Shown here piece by piece: positions 14,069 through 23,184 of a stretch of DNA of 29,865 bases. The DNA comes from a virus. The DNA lies in the IMG/VR virus record IMGVR_UViG_3300021958_000018, positions 1 through 29,865 of that record. One strand, 5' to 3'. A program made the translations under genes and the position numbers. How positions within the stretch are numbered: position 1 is the stretch's first letter; the number at the start of each line of letters is the position of its first letter. The notes beneath the pieces were generated by a model that saw nothing but the letters and a program-made list of their open reading frames with translations, did no database searches and was not told where the DNA came from.

Positions 14069-15600
14069 GATAAAACGCCTATATTCAAATTGACTGTACT
14101 TTGAGACGGATTCCAACGCACTCCCAAGATCATCGCTCTTCGATTGCTGTAAGTGTAGCCTGTGCCCTCTCTGAGTCCATATATGTATTTACTCGATATT
14201 TCGACAATGTCGCCAGCCGTCAATAAGCAATGCTTTTCTGTTACTGTCAATGTCAACTCTTCAAAAGGCTCGGCATCCCATCGACGCATTCGAGTCAAAT
14301 CTGCATTTGCTTGTGTGGGCTGTATAGGGCTGTCAACACGATAGATCAGACTGTGATCGCGCGTGATTTCAAGCGCCGCGGGCAGTAGTGGAATAGAGTT
14401 GCCCGAAAAGACTACATTTTGATATTGGCTTGTGATGCTGTTGTATGTTCTGATTACGCTCCTGCTATACGTTGCCGACTGTGATGGGCTATACAGTGTA
14501 TGAGAGTCGATGCTGATGATGTCGCGATCTGTGATATGATCGGCTACTGTGAACCAACTGGCTTGATTTGGATTCTGACAAACGCGCCAAGATAGCGCAT
14601 TTTGTCGCCATACTGGAAACATGCCCATAGACAAGACGGCATCAAGAAAAGTGCCAATATTGCCCGATTCTGACAAAAGCAATTCGATCTCATGTGTTCC
14701 TGTCGACGTTGCCCACGCTTGCGCATAATATGTATTCAATGATTGAGCATCGAAAAGATTGGGATTGAAATTGACACCGAGCGCCCAAGAGGCAGGATAA
14801 TCGTCGAAAGTCCCTTGTGTTCCGTTGCCTGTGCTCATGACAAGACGCGCAAAAACTTGATCAGGTCGCCCTCGAAGCCTTACAAGACTCGTTACAGTGT
14901 CTCCTGTGTGCAAATGATCATGCGCTGCTGTGCTTGGATAATTGCCAGTACTGGAAATAGTCAGATAGCCAGCGGGGGCTGTTGTTGTTGTCTTGCTTGA
15001 CCATGTCCAATAATCAGTATCGCCGTGTGTTGCATCTTCTACAAAGATCATGCCGTCTTGACCTGTCATTTTTTCAAATGCCGTTATATCGTCAAGGTAC
15101 AATTTTGGATCGCTCGAAAAGTTAAAAGATGCCGTTGTGCTCGCAGTCTTGCCAGCATTGTACCAAAATTCAGATTCATTTGCATTTTGTGTAAGTCTTG
15201 CCTGCATCATCGTCAAAAAGTCGACAAATTCCAAACGCCATACACCTCGACCGCCTACAACATTTCGCAACTGCCCGATACAAACGCGATTGCGCACGCC
15301 ATCTCTGACCATGATCAATTCGGCAACTGCGCCCCGCCTGAATGAAGAGTTTAGCACAGGGCGAAGATCGCCCGCTATTGTGATAGTGAAGCCGCCAAAG
15401 TTTACGCTCCATCTTTGAGGCGTGATCTGTACACTGTCGATCGTTACATCTGCACTGGCAAGTGCGATCTCCGTGCCCTCGTTGATGTAATCGCCTTGAC
15501 TCAATCTATAATCGTTTGAGGGCGGTAGAAACTTCAATACATAGGAGAGAACTTTTGTGCTCTTGTCTAGGCTGTCAATAAACTGCTGTGACCACGCCAT
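14065..15600 (-). CDS. Tail tip / Tal-like minor tail protein (511 aa).
   Basis: Called from position: second gene after the tape measure. No catalytic motif recognised. Confidence 0.55.
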   Translation of the reverse strand: MAWSQQFIDSLDKSTKVLSYVLKFLPPSNDYRLSQGDYINEGTEIALASADVTIDSVQITPQRWSVNFGGFTITIAGDLRPVLNSSFRRGAVAELIMVRDGVRNRVCIGQLRNVVGGRGVWRLEFVDFLTMMQARLTQNANESEFWYNAGKTASTTASFNFSSDPKLYLDDITAFEKMTGQDGMIFVEDATHGDTDYWTWSSKTTTTAPAGYLTISSTGNYPSTAAHDHLHTGDTVTSLVRLRGRPDQVFARLVMSTGNGTQGTFDDYPASWALGVNFNPNLFDAQSLNTYYAQAWATSTGTHEIELLLSESGNIGTFLDAVLSMGMFPVWRQNALSWRVCQNPNQASWFTVADHITDRDIISIDSHTLYSPSQSATYSRSVIRTYNSITSQYQNVVFSGNSIPLLPAALEITRDHSLIYRVDSPIQPTQANADLTRMRRWDAEPFEELTLTVTEKHCLLTAGDIVEISSKYIYGLREGTGYTYSNRRAMILGVRWNPSQSTVNLNIGVLS

Positions 15601-15602
15601 AA

Positions 15603-16481
15603 CTATTCACCGATCTCGGTTGGGATTTCGTTTTGTCCTCTGAAACTGTCTTGAAACATGCCAGCGGCAAAGCCCGATCGACGGCTTCCAAGAGCGTCAA
15701 GTGTCAAGCCAGCACCCTGTAAGCCCTCGCTGTTTTTACTGGCAAGAGATCGCCCTGCTGATATGCCTGATTCTCCGAGCGTGTCAGGGTGAGCGGCGTA
15801 CAATGTACGATAATCAACAACAAGACGAATAGACAGACTGAACAAGCGCCCGCCCTCGTTTGTGATTATGCTCTGTCCAATATCGCTCTGTGGCCTCTTC
15901 AATACTGGATAAAATCTATAATGTCGAAGAAATGCGGGCTGATTGTATTGAAACTTGATTCTATCAAGAGTATCTATTGTGCCACCCTGCGCCGTTACAG
16001 TTGAGGCTGTTTTGATCTCGATCATTTCTTGGATCATTGCTGGGCTTTGAGTCTCGATTGTGCAATAGTCGCCAACTGCTGGCAGTGCAGAAATCCCGAC
16101 GAAGTTTGTAAAAGGATTGCCGTACAGGTTGATTGACTTGCTTGTGTTGTTCAATGTGCCCCTTATTGGATAGCAGAATGCTTTTGCACTGTCAGCAGCA
16201 AAAGACACAGAGAAGCCCCGATCGAGGTGGTTTTGTAGCGCATGAAACTTGATTGCTGTACTTTCCCCCCCAATCATCCGATCGCGCTGGATTGTCACGA
16301 TCTCCTGTGTACGTCCTACTGATCTTTGAATAGAGCCAGCAAGAGAGACAGCGTCAACAGCCTCGACGGATATATCAGAGAACATTTCTCCAAGTGCTTC
16401 GCCTAGATCGATCGTCTCAAGTGTCGCCCCGTTTTGCGCGCCATATGGCTCAGGTGTGTAGTAAAATTTTGCGTTGCCCAT
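15603..16481 (-). CDS. Distal tail (Dit-like) protein (292 aa).
   Basis: It lies immediately downstream of the tape measure, with a TAATG overlap. Confidence 0.55.
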   Translation of the reverse strand: MGNAKFYYTPEPYGAQNGATLETIDLGEALGEMFSDISVEAVDAVSLAGSIQRSVGRTQEIVTIQRDRMIGGESTAIKFHALQNHLDRGFSVSFAADSAKAFCYPIRGTLNNTSKSINLYGNPFTNFVGISALPAVGDYCTIETQSPAMIQEMIEIKTASTVTAQGGTIDTLDRIKFQYNQPAFLRHYRFYPVLKRPQSDIGQSIITNEGGRLFSLSIRLVVDYRTLYAAHPDTLGESGISAGRSLASKNSEGLQGAGLTLDALGSRRSGFAAGMFQDSFRGQNEIPTEIGE

Positions 16482-18607
16482 TATCGACCCCCGAAAAGAT
16501 TGCTTGAAGATGTGCCGAATTGATTATTGAATCTGATCTCTATTTGTCGCACAAGGGCGTCCACTGCATTGCGATCGACTACTGCGCTATTTATGTTTAC
16601 AGTCATGCCGCCCCCTGTTGCGCCGTTCAACTGTCGATCAACTTGTTGAGGACGTTGACCACTTTGAGGCACTACAAACTCGCCTCTGTGTAGCATTGCA
16701 AGCCCGTCCTGCATCCCTGTAAAGCGGATGCCGCCTTGTGCCTTTGGAATGAATCGCCCGCCGCTCATGAAAGATGCCGATTGATTTGGATCAAGAAAAC
16801 GCCTAAAAGCCTCGCGCGCTCCTGATTGTCCGCTGTTGCCGTCAGGATCTCGATCTCTGAATGAAAAGAGATCAGAAAAGGCATCTTTGATGATTTTTAT
16901 CAAGTTGATAATCAGCAGTTGAAATCCATCCGTCAAAGCCTCAAGCACTCCAAAAGCAAGCAAGGGGATCAACTCTAGAAAGATTGTGGGAAGTTGCGCC
17001 AGCCCTTGCTTTATTGCCTCGACTTGTGCTTGTATTGCCTCCCTCTTTTCTTCGGGTGTTGTCTGTCCTATTTGTTCGACTATTCCCAATAACTGCCCCG
17101 CGACAGGTGCAACAAGCGACAAGATAGAAGATGCGTCAAGGGATACGAGCGCCTCAAATTTTGCAACTTGATCTTGTATTTCATCTGCTCTGTCTTTTGC
17201 AGCCCTTTCTTCTGCTCTTGCGGCTTCTTTCTCTCTTCTCTCTCTCTCTTTTTTATCACTTTCTGCCTTTCGTTGTGCGCGCTCGGCTTCTTTATTGGCT
17301 AGTTGTTGCTGTTTGTCGATCTCGGCTTGCAATTGCTGATCGCGTATTTTGCCCAGTTCAACAAGGGCGGCGTTTGCTGTCTCAACGTCTCCTGTCGCAT
17401 CCAACAATCGAAATAGATTCTCTGCCTGCTTTTCATAGGTTGCATTGATCTGCTCTTCTACTGTCAACTGACTGAATACAGCACCCTCAAGCACCTTTTG
17501 CAATTCAGCCTGTGCGCGTTGCACTTCTTTCTGTTGTTGCTCTCTTTGCCGTTGCTCTTCTGCCTCTTGTCGAAGCCTTGCCGATCTTGCCTTTTCTGCC
17601 GCCGATCTCTTTCTGTCTTGCTCTGCAATCTGTGCTTGTTGCAAGAGTATCTCTTCATAGGCTTTTTGCTGTCTTTCAATCTCGAATCTTTGCGCCTGTG
17701 CATCTTGAAGACGCTGCTGATCAACTCTTTGCGCGTCCGTCAATGTATCGAGATTTCTTTGCAATCCCTTTTCTCTGTCTGTTGATTCTTCAAACTGTTG
17801 AGGCTGCCCAGCAATGCGCGCGGACAATGGCTGGGCTATTGCGCGTTGTTCTTTGAGCAATCCGATCTCAGTTCTCAACAATTTGATCTGTTCATTGCGC
17901 GCGCTGATCGTCTCTTCAAGTGCCGTCTTTTGCTCTTGCTGTGCCTCTTTTGCATTTTGCCCAAACTCTTGCGCTGTTGCACTGGCTGCCTTTTGATCTG
18001 CTTCAAACTGTGTAATTTGTCCCGTCAACAGTTGCAGATTGATTCGAGCCTGATCGACCTCTTGATAGTATGAAATCAAAGAATCAGCGGCGCTCTGTGC
18101 TGCTTTTGTTTGTTGCTCGATCGTCTTGTTTGTCCGCTCTGTGATTTCGGCAAGTTCTTCCTCTCTTTTCTTTGCCTCTTCTGCTTCTCTTTGAATCTCG
18201 AAGATCGCCGCCCCAGCCGCAACGGCTACAATGGCAGTGACAGCGAAAGCGGGATTCAAGAATCCTGTAAGACCACGCCCCAAAGCCTCGACAACAGAAG
18301 CACCATCTGAGATAGTAAAGAATAGAGAGCCAAGGGCAGGCGACAAAGCCGAAGCCCCTTGCCCAAGATCGGCAAAAGCACCATCAAGATCGCGTCCTGC
18401 TCTTCTCAACTGTCTTGCTTTGCCCGTTGTCGCCTTTGCTTGTGTCTCGACTTTTCGCAATCCTTGCACAGCCTGCGCGCTGCTGTTTTCAAGGCGCTCA
18501 AAGGATTGACTTGCATCTTTTGCTTCTTTGCCAGTTTGATCAAGAGCCTGCTGAGCGCCCTTTGCATCGACTTTCAAAACATATTGAACGATTGTATCTT
18601 GTGCCAT
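16481..18607 (-). CDS. Tape measure protein (708 aa).
   Basis: Long Q/E/A/K-rich coiled coil with hydrophobic segments (AFAVTAIVAVAAGAAIF). Position after the chaperone genes. Confidence 0.9.
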   Translation of the reverse strand: MAQDTIVQYVLKVDAKGAQQALDQTGKEAKDASQSFERLENSSAQAVQGLRKVETQAKATTGKARQLRRAGRDLDGAFADLGQGASALSPALGSLFFTISDGASVVEALGRGLTGFLNPAFAVTAIVAVAAGAAIFEIQREAEEAKKREEELAEITERTNKTIEQQTKAAQSAADSLISYYQEVDQARINLQLLTGQITQFEADQKAASATAQEFGQNAKEAQQEQKTALEETISARNEQIKLLRTEIGLLKEQRAIAQPLSARIAGQPQQFEESTDREKGLQRNLDTLTDAQRVDQQRLQDAQAQRFEIERQQKAYEEILLQQAQIAEQDRKRSAAEKARSARLRQEAEEQRQREQQQKEVQRAQAELQKVLEGAVFSQLTVEEQINATYEKQAENLFRLLDATGDVETANAALVELGKIRDQQLQAEIDKQQQLANKEAERAQRKAESDKKERERREKEAARAEERAAKDRADEIQDQVAKFEALVSLDASSILSLVAPVAGQLLGIVEQIGQTTPEEKREAIQAQVEAIKQGLAQLPTIFLELIPLLAFGVLEALTDGFQLLIINLIKIIKDAFSDLFSFRDRDPDGNSGQSGAREAFRRFLDPNQSASFMSGGRFIPKAQGGIRFTGMQDGLAMLHRGEFVVPQSGQRPQQVDRQLNGATGGGMTVNINSAVVDRNAVDALVRQIEIRFNNQFGTSSSNLFGGR

Positions 18608-18670
18608 GTTTCAACCTCTCTATGGGGCTATGATAGCCGATTTCATAGAGTATAGCATTGCAAGCCCTTT

Positions 18671-19027
18671 CTAATATTTTGTGGGCTTGTGTACTATCTG
18701 ACTGACTGGCTTGTCAATCTTTTGAGCAATACATTCACAAAATGCTTGATACACTTCGTCGATGCGTTGATCTTCGAGGCGTTTCTCTGCATGCTTGTAT
18801 TCGTCTATTGCTCTCAATCCGTCGATCAGCACATAGTCAAGAGGCTTGTTTGTCACTCTTGCAATACACTCACAGAAGACGATAAAAAAGCGCATATTTG
18901 GCAAGCAGTGCCCGCGCCTCCACTTGGAGATATTGCCATCTGAGAAGCCCCCCATTTTATCAAGTTCTTTGTGCATCAATCCTGACTCTTTGATTTGAGC
19001 CTCTACCCAGTACGCAAATGAATACAT
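18671..19027 (-). CDS. XRE-like HTH protein embedded in the tail module (118 aa).
   Basis: GGFSDGNISKWRRGHCLP, plus an internal duplicated FCECIA(R/Q)...KP motif. Confidence 0.6.
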   Translation of the reverse strand: MYSFAYWVEAQIKESGLMHKELDKMGGFSDGNISKWRRGHCLPNMRFFIVFCECIARVTNKPLDYVLIDGLRAIDEYKHAEKRLEDQRIDEVYQAFCECIAQKIDKPVSQIVHKPTKY

Positions 19028-19029
19028 AT

Positions 19030-19302
19030 TCACCCCAGTATATCAATAAGATCAGTCAGTGAGACAGATGGTTGTACGCCCGTCTTTTTGTATCGCTTCA
19101 ATAGTCGATTCATGCGCGCGCCCCTGTGTTTTATACACTTAAGGCACAGCATCAAGTCGAACCAGTCCAATTTGGCGATCTCACTTGGTAGCGTGCCATA
19201 TGTACGCGCGATGATGTCGAGAATATGAAAATACTCTTCTTGATCAGCGAAAAGTTGACAGCCGTTTGACTGCCTCTCCTTGACCCTTGAGAGCCTTATC
19301 AA
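19030..19302 (-). CDS. gpT-like ORF, probably expressed as a frameshift extension of the chaperone.
   Basis: It has no ATG or SD of its own. It overlaps the 3' end of 19244..19750 in the +1 frame, and that frame is open from 19377 downward. Confidence 0.4.
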   Translation of the reverse strand: MIRLSRVKERQSNGCQLFADQEEYFHILDIIARTYGTLPSEIAKLDWFDLMLCLKCIKHRGARMNRLLKRYKKTGVQPSVSLTDLIDILG

Positions 19303-19750
19303 GGATTGCTGATCGATCTTCTTTTGACAGCATACCGATCCACAACAGATTGCGCTCAGGGTTCTGCTCTTGCTGTGTCAGTACAATCTGCACGCGCTCC
19401 CACTGTTGATCGTCGCCTGCTCTCTTGGCTTGTGTCAGACATTGCGCAATCAATTGATCTTGACTCTGTGCAATCCTTTCCATTTGCTCAGGTCGAATCT
19501 TTGATAACATCTGATATGCCTGATCGATCACTTCATCATCTGGATCGTCTTGTAGTTGCTTGCTCATCTTTTGAAACTGGCTGATCTCGCCATTGCTTGC
19601 AAGCCCTTGAAGCAAGAGAGAATTTGCAAGGCTTGCCTTTTCAATCTCAGCGGGTGACAGGATGCGCCCCTTAACGAGTAACTGACCTCCAAAGATTGCG
19701 ATCTCAAACTCACTGGCTTGCTGTACTTCTTTCAAAAAATCTTTCAACAT
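19244..19750 (-). CDS. Tail assembly chaperone (gpG-like) (168 aa).
   Basis: Position between the tail tube and tape measure, an acidic helical protein, and an overlapping downstream ORF. Confidence 0.55.
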   Translation of the reverse strand: MLKDFLKEVQQASEFEIAIFGGQLLVKGRILSPAEIEKASLANSLLLQGLASNGEISQFQKMSKQLQDDPDDEVIDQAYQMLSKIRPEQMERIAQSQDQLIAQCLTQAKRAGDDQQWERVQIVLTQQEQNPERNLLWIGMLSKEDRSAILDKALKGQGEAVKRLSTFR

Positions 19751-19843
19751 GATCGATCTCCGTTGTGCGTTGATAGTATCGACATTTTAACGGATCGAGG
19801 ATCGTGTGACTTGTACTTTTTTCATTTATTTTGTGTACATATG

Positions 19844-19872
19844 TTGACAGTATGTAAATATGTTGATACTAT
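19844..19872 (+). promoter_or_regulatory. Promoter-leader cassette copy E, the only plus-strand copy.
   Basis: TTGACA (19844..19849)-N17-TACTAT (19867..19872), followed by the leader aagaatgtaggcaatgaagccacaaaacaacaacggagcacgaa and then the ATG. Confidence 0.7.
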
Positions 19873-19916
19873 AAGAATGTAGGCAATGAAGCCACAAAAC
19901 AACAACGGAGCACGAA

Positions 19917-20348
19917 ATGCGTGAGATTCAAATACTAGATATGGTCAAATGGCTAAAATACTACTGTCACAACCAGAGTATGACAGATGCACAATACAAA
20001 TCTGTTGCGCGTCACATACTCAATATGCCTACAGAGGCGCGCAAACATTTTATGGTTACACTGTCAAACACATCAGATGCTGCAGGTCACGATGAACTGT
20101 CAAACACTTATGGTGTTTTTCAAACAGACACAAAATACGAACAAACTTTCGGCAAGAATCGCACAACTAAAATTTGGGTAGTTATCAAACGTGAGGGCAA
20201 CAGGATTTTGATTCGCGACTGTGACTATACAGTACATGTCAAAACTGTCTGCGTCTGTGATGAAACAAACACAGAATACATTGATTTTGAAACGGGTCGA
20301 CTGTCTGCAAAACATATCAACATCACAGTATGGGGGGTTTGGGAATGA
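19917..20348 (+). CDS. Hypothetical protein (143 aa), antisense insertion in the tail operon.
   Basis: It has its own consensus promoter and RBS. No motif recognised. Confidence 0.65.
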   Translation: MREIQILDMVKWLKYYCHNQSMTDAQYKSVARHILNMPTEARKHFMVTLSNTSDAAGHDELSNTYGVFQTDTKYEQTFGKNRTTKIWVVIKREGNRILIRDCDYTVHVKTVCVCDETNTEYIDFETGRLSAKHINITVWGVWE

Positions 20349-20470
20349 ACAAAGAACAATCAAAGCAACTAGGGCAAGCGATCGGCTTTTCACTCTGTGG
20401 CATTATGGCAATCTTGACAGCACACGCCCTCTTGAGAGCAATGGCAAGCACAGCACATCTATTTCTATAA
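20345..20470 (+). CDS. Small single-pass membrane peptide (41 aa, not in the ORF track).
   Basis: My own translation: MNKEQSKQLGQAIGFSLCGIMAILTAHALLRAMASTAHLFL. ATGA overlap with the upstream stop. Confidence 0.4.
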   Translation: MNKEQSKQLGQAIGFSLCGIMAILTAHALLRAMASTAHLFL

Positions 20471-20517
20471 ACACAAAAGCCTATGCCCCCAAACAACGGA
20501 AAAACAAGGGCATAGGC
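20465..20517 (-). terminator. Hairpin with a T-rich tail downstream of the tail tube gene.
   Basis: Perfect 10-bp stem gcctatgccc (20479..20488) / gggcataggc (20508..20517) with a 19-nt loop. The minus strand continues ttttgtgtttat. Confidence 0.55.
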
Positions 20518-20577
20518 AAAATGTATATGTCTAGAATACAAAGGGAGTCTAACAGGCTTCCTTTTCTGCGTCAAGGA

Positions 20578-21552
20578 TTATGCACCGCCATAGATTCCAT
20601 TTGCAGACGCGTTCTTGATCTCGATAGTCAATCCAGCGTTTGAACTGCTTGCATAGCCTCTGATCGTGAATGTACGCTCAACACGCCCGAAAGCAGTTAT
20701 GTTGTCATTGTAGTCTTCGATCGTTGCGGAATCAAGAGAAATCTTGAAGTGGTGATCTGCCTCTGCTGATCTTGTAAACTGGATCGATACGTCGCCCGCA
20801 TTGCCGTCAAGACTGTCATTGTACAGGCTATTATCTGTTACATCACAAGTGATTGACATTGTGACTTCGCGCACGTCTGTAGCAACTGGCTCGCCTGTCA
20901 GTTTTGAGCCGAGCAAGTTGCGCCGATCAAGTTTGTTGTCCATTGACAATTCAAAAGAACGAATGTCAAGGGAAGCAACAGAAAGAGATCCGCCCAAAGT
21001 AAGCGATCCCGCTTCGTAGTGATACACTTGATCATAGGCTGGAAATGCTGGCACAATGTTTGTTGTACGCGTTGCGCCATCTTTACCGATCAAGTCAAAT
21101 GAGCAAGTCATTTCTGCGCCAGCCTCAGCGCTGATCGTCATTGTGCTGACTTTCATGCCTGTGAATCGTTCCATACTGTCAGCAAGATTTGTGCCGCGTT
21201 GAAAGTCGATTGTCAGACTCGGCTGATCTGCCGCGGGTGTATATGTGTGAGTATACGGCGCTGATCCTGTTGTGCTGGTCAAGTTGCCAAGTGCTGCCTT
21301 GATCAACATGCCGATCCCATCATAGAACGCGGGGATCTCAATAGTTCCGCCCGCTTGACGGAATCCCTCAAAAGTGCCAGACAAGACGCCGCTTGCGGGT
21401 ACTGATAAATGTGTTCTGCGCTCTCTTTCTTGAGTTACTTGAATAGTGCCGCTGATCAGTTTTACATCTTCTGTTGTAGTAGTTTGAGCAGTGCCCCAAG
21501 TGGACTCCTCGCCTATACGAAGAAAAGAATTTTGTGCGAATAAGATGCCCAT
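20578..21552 (-). CDS. Major tail tube protein (324 aa).
   Basis: Position upstream of the chaperone pair, a strong AGGAG SD, a beta-rich sequence, and a terminator after it. Confidence 0.65.
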   Translation of the reverse strand: MGILFAQNSFLRIGEESTWGTAQTTTTEDVKLISGTIQVTQERERRTHLSVPASGVLSGTFEGFRQAGGTIEIPAFYDGIGMLIKAALGNLTSTTGSAPYTHTYTPAADQPSLTIDFQRGTNLADSMERFTGMKVSTMTISAEAGAEMTCSFDLIGKDGATRTTNIVPAFPAYDQVYHYEAGSLTLGGSLSVASLDIRSFELSMDNKLDRRNLLGSKLTGEPVATDVREVTMSITCDVTDNSLYNDSLDGNAGDVSIQFTRSAEADHHFKISLDSATIEDYNDNITAFGRVERTFTIRGYASSSNAGLTIEIKNASANGIYGGA

Positions 21553-21560
21553 GATTGCTC

Positions 21561-22322
21561 CTATGGTAATAAGTCGATCACTCTAAGAATAGCACGCATT
21601 TCCAAGAGTTGTCCGAGTGTAGTATATACTTGAATTGCTATAGCGAAATCTGATCCACTGTCGCCCGCCTGAAAAGATGCCCTGACAAACCCGTTGCCGA
21701 TCCTTGTAGCTCGTATGTCATAGCGCGCGCTTGAATCTGTGCCGCTGCTGTCGTATGATTTGACATCAACATACTCGATACCCTCTTGATCGTTGCGTTC
21801 ATTGTAGGGTGATAGTCTTTTGGCAAAGTTGCGATTGATCAAAAAGAATACATGCACTTCGTCAGTTGAGGCTTTGATAAATGACTGTACAGGGGCATCT
21901 AGCGCGCTCTGACTGGCTGGCTGACTTACTACCCTTGAATGTGGCGCTGAGAGCATGATGTAGCCCGTCTTTGGGCTGTCAATAGTTACAGATGTGCTTT
22001 GATCTGCTGTCTCGTCAGGTTGGAAATAATAGACATACGCAACGCAAAAAGAATCGTCATTCTTGATCGTCAACGCGTCGATCTGTAGAGTCAAGGTGCG
22101 CGTGCTGTAGTTCGCTCCCGACTTTCTTGCAAAGTTTGCAAGATTGCCCTCTGAATCCGTTACAACGACATCCTTGAAATCGGATCGTATATTGTCCCAA
22201 AAATCGTCCCAGTCAGTAGGCACTTGAAACTCTACATCAATGGTACCGCTTACACCTGTGCCACCTGTTGCGTCGATTCCTACGATCTGCCGTCTTCTGT
22301 ATTCTGCATCATACCACGTCAT
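21561..22322 (-). CDS. Structural-module protein of unknown role (253 aa).
   Basis: The N-terminal pattern YRRRQIV...FWDNIRSDFKDVVVTDSEGN...VYYF is reminiscent of DUF2341-type beta-sandwich domains. This is from recollection only. Confidence 0.5.
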   Translation of the reverse strand: MTWYDAEYRRRQIVGIDATGGTGVSGTIDVEFQVPTDWDDFWDNIRSDFKDVVVTDSEGNLANFARKSGANYSTRTLTLQIDALTIKNDDSFCVAYVYYFQPDETADQSTSVTIDSPKTGYIMLSAPHSRVVSQPASQSALDAPVQSFIKASTDEVHVFFLINRNFAKRLSPYNERNDQEGIEYVDVKSYDSSGTDSSARYDIRATRIGNGFVRASFQAGDSGSDFAIAIQVYTTLGQLLEMRAILRVIDLLP

Positions 22323-22325
22323 TGA

Positions 22326-22793
22326 TCACACTCCTGTCCTACTCTGAAATGTTACAGTGACCTCAATATAACCGATTGCAATGCCATCCAATCCGAATCT
22401 GTCGCCCTCGATTGCTGTAAAGTTACAGATCACATTGTCGATCGTTCTCGTGGTGTCAGGATTTGCAAGCCCCAAGAATCGATCGTCAGTGATTGCTTTT
22501 ATAATGTCGCTTGTCAAGTTCAAGACATTTTTTGTCCGATCTGACACATCCGAGCCACCACAAAAGCAATAGATTTCAAATCTTCCATTCATTCGATAAG
22601 ATGCAAGATTCAATCCCTGCTCTGTTGTGTAGTCAATGAATGATACAGACGCGTAAGGCGTTCTCGGAGGATCGAGCAATGCACCCAAAACAACACTATT
22701 GCGCATATCAAGACCACTGTAACCAGCAGAAAAGTCTTGCGCCGTCTTCGTCTGTAACGCTTCCAATACTCTGTAAATCGTTGCATTTGCCAT
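22326..22793 (-). CDS. Tail completion / terminator-like protein (155 aa).
   Basis: Position only. Confidence 0.45.
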   Translation of the reverse strand: MANATIYRVLEALQTKTAQDFSAGYSGLDMRNSVVLGALLDPPRTPYASVSFIDYTTEQGLNLASYRMNGRFEIYCFCGGSDVSDRTKNVLNLTSDIIKAITDDRFLGLANPDTTRTIDNVICNFTAIEGDRFGLDGIAIGYIEVTVTFQSRTGV

Positions 22794-22794
22794 T

Positions 22795-23175
22795 TCAGTC
22801 CCTGATCAGTGCTGTTTTGAGCAGGTCTTGCAATTTGGGCTTGATCTCTTCTTGCTGTGCTTCAACGCTACGAGCCAAGAAAAGACGAGGCTTGATGTAA
22901 CGCGTACCGAACTCAATAAAGCGCGCATATTCCAATTCAGCGCCTCCAAACTGCCCACCTGCTTGCAATATAGCTGTGGGCTTGCCGTCTACTACTGCAT
23001 AGCGCCCTGCAATACTCTGACGCAATCGCCCTGTTTGATTGTTGAACCGTGAAAATGTGATCTGCTTTGAGCGCGCTTCCATTTGCAACGCTGCGATCTT
23101 CAATCTTTTCTCTAATTGATTCAGCAGCCGAGTCTTTGCCCCTCTCATTTGTGGCGACAGTTGATCGATCTCCAT
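22795..23175 (-). CDS. HK97 gp10-like head-tail joining protein (126 aa).
   Basis: TGRLRQSI and FIEFGT patterns, plus position. Confidence 0.6.
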   Translation of the reverse strand: MEIDQLSPQMRGAKTRLLNQLEKRLKIAALQMEARSKQITFSRFNNQTGRLRQSIAGRYAVVDGKPTAILQAGGQFGGAELEYARFIEFGTRYIKPRLFLARSVEAQQEEIKPKLQDLLKTALIRD

Positions 23176-23184
23176 TGTGCCCCC

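Noticed and set aside
16986-18655. A series of 60-114-aa plus-strand ORFs and short minus-strand alternative-frame ORFs within the tape measure gene.
   Set aside because: They are by-products of the repetitive Q/E/A/K coding sequence. Their translations are Leu/Cys/Ser-rich or Lys/Arg-rich and of low complexity.
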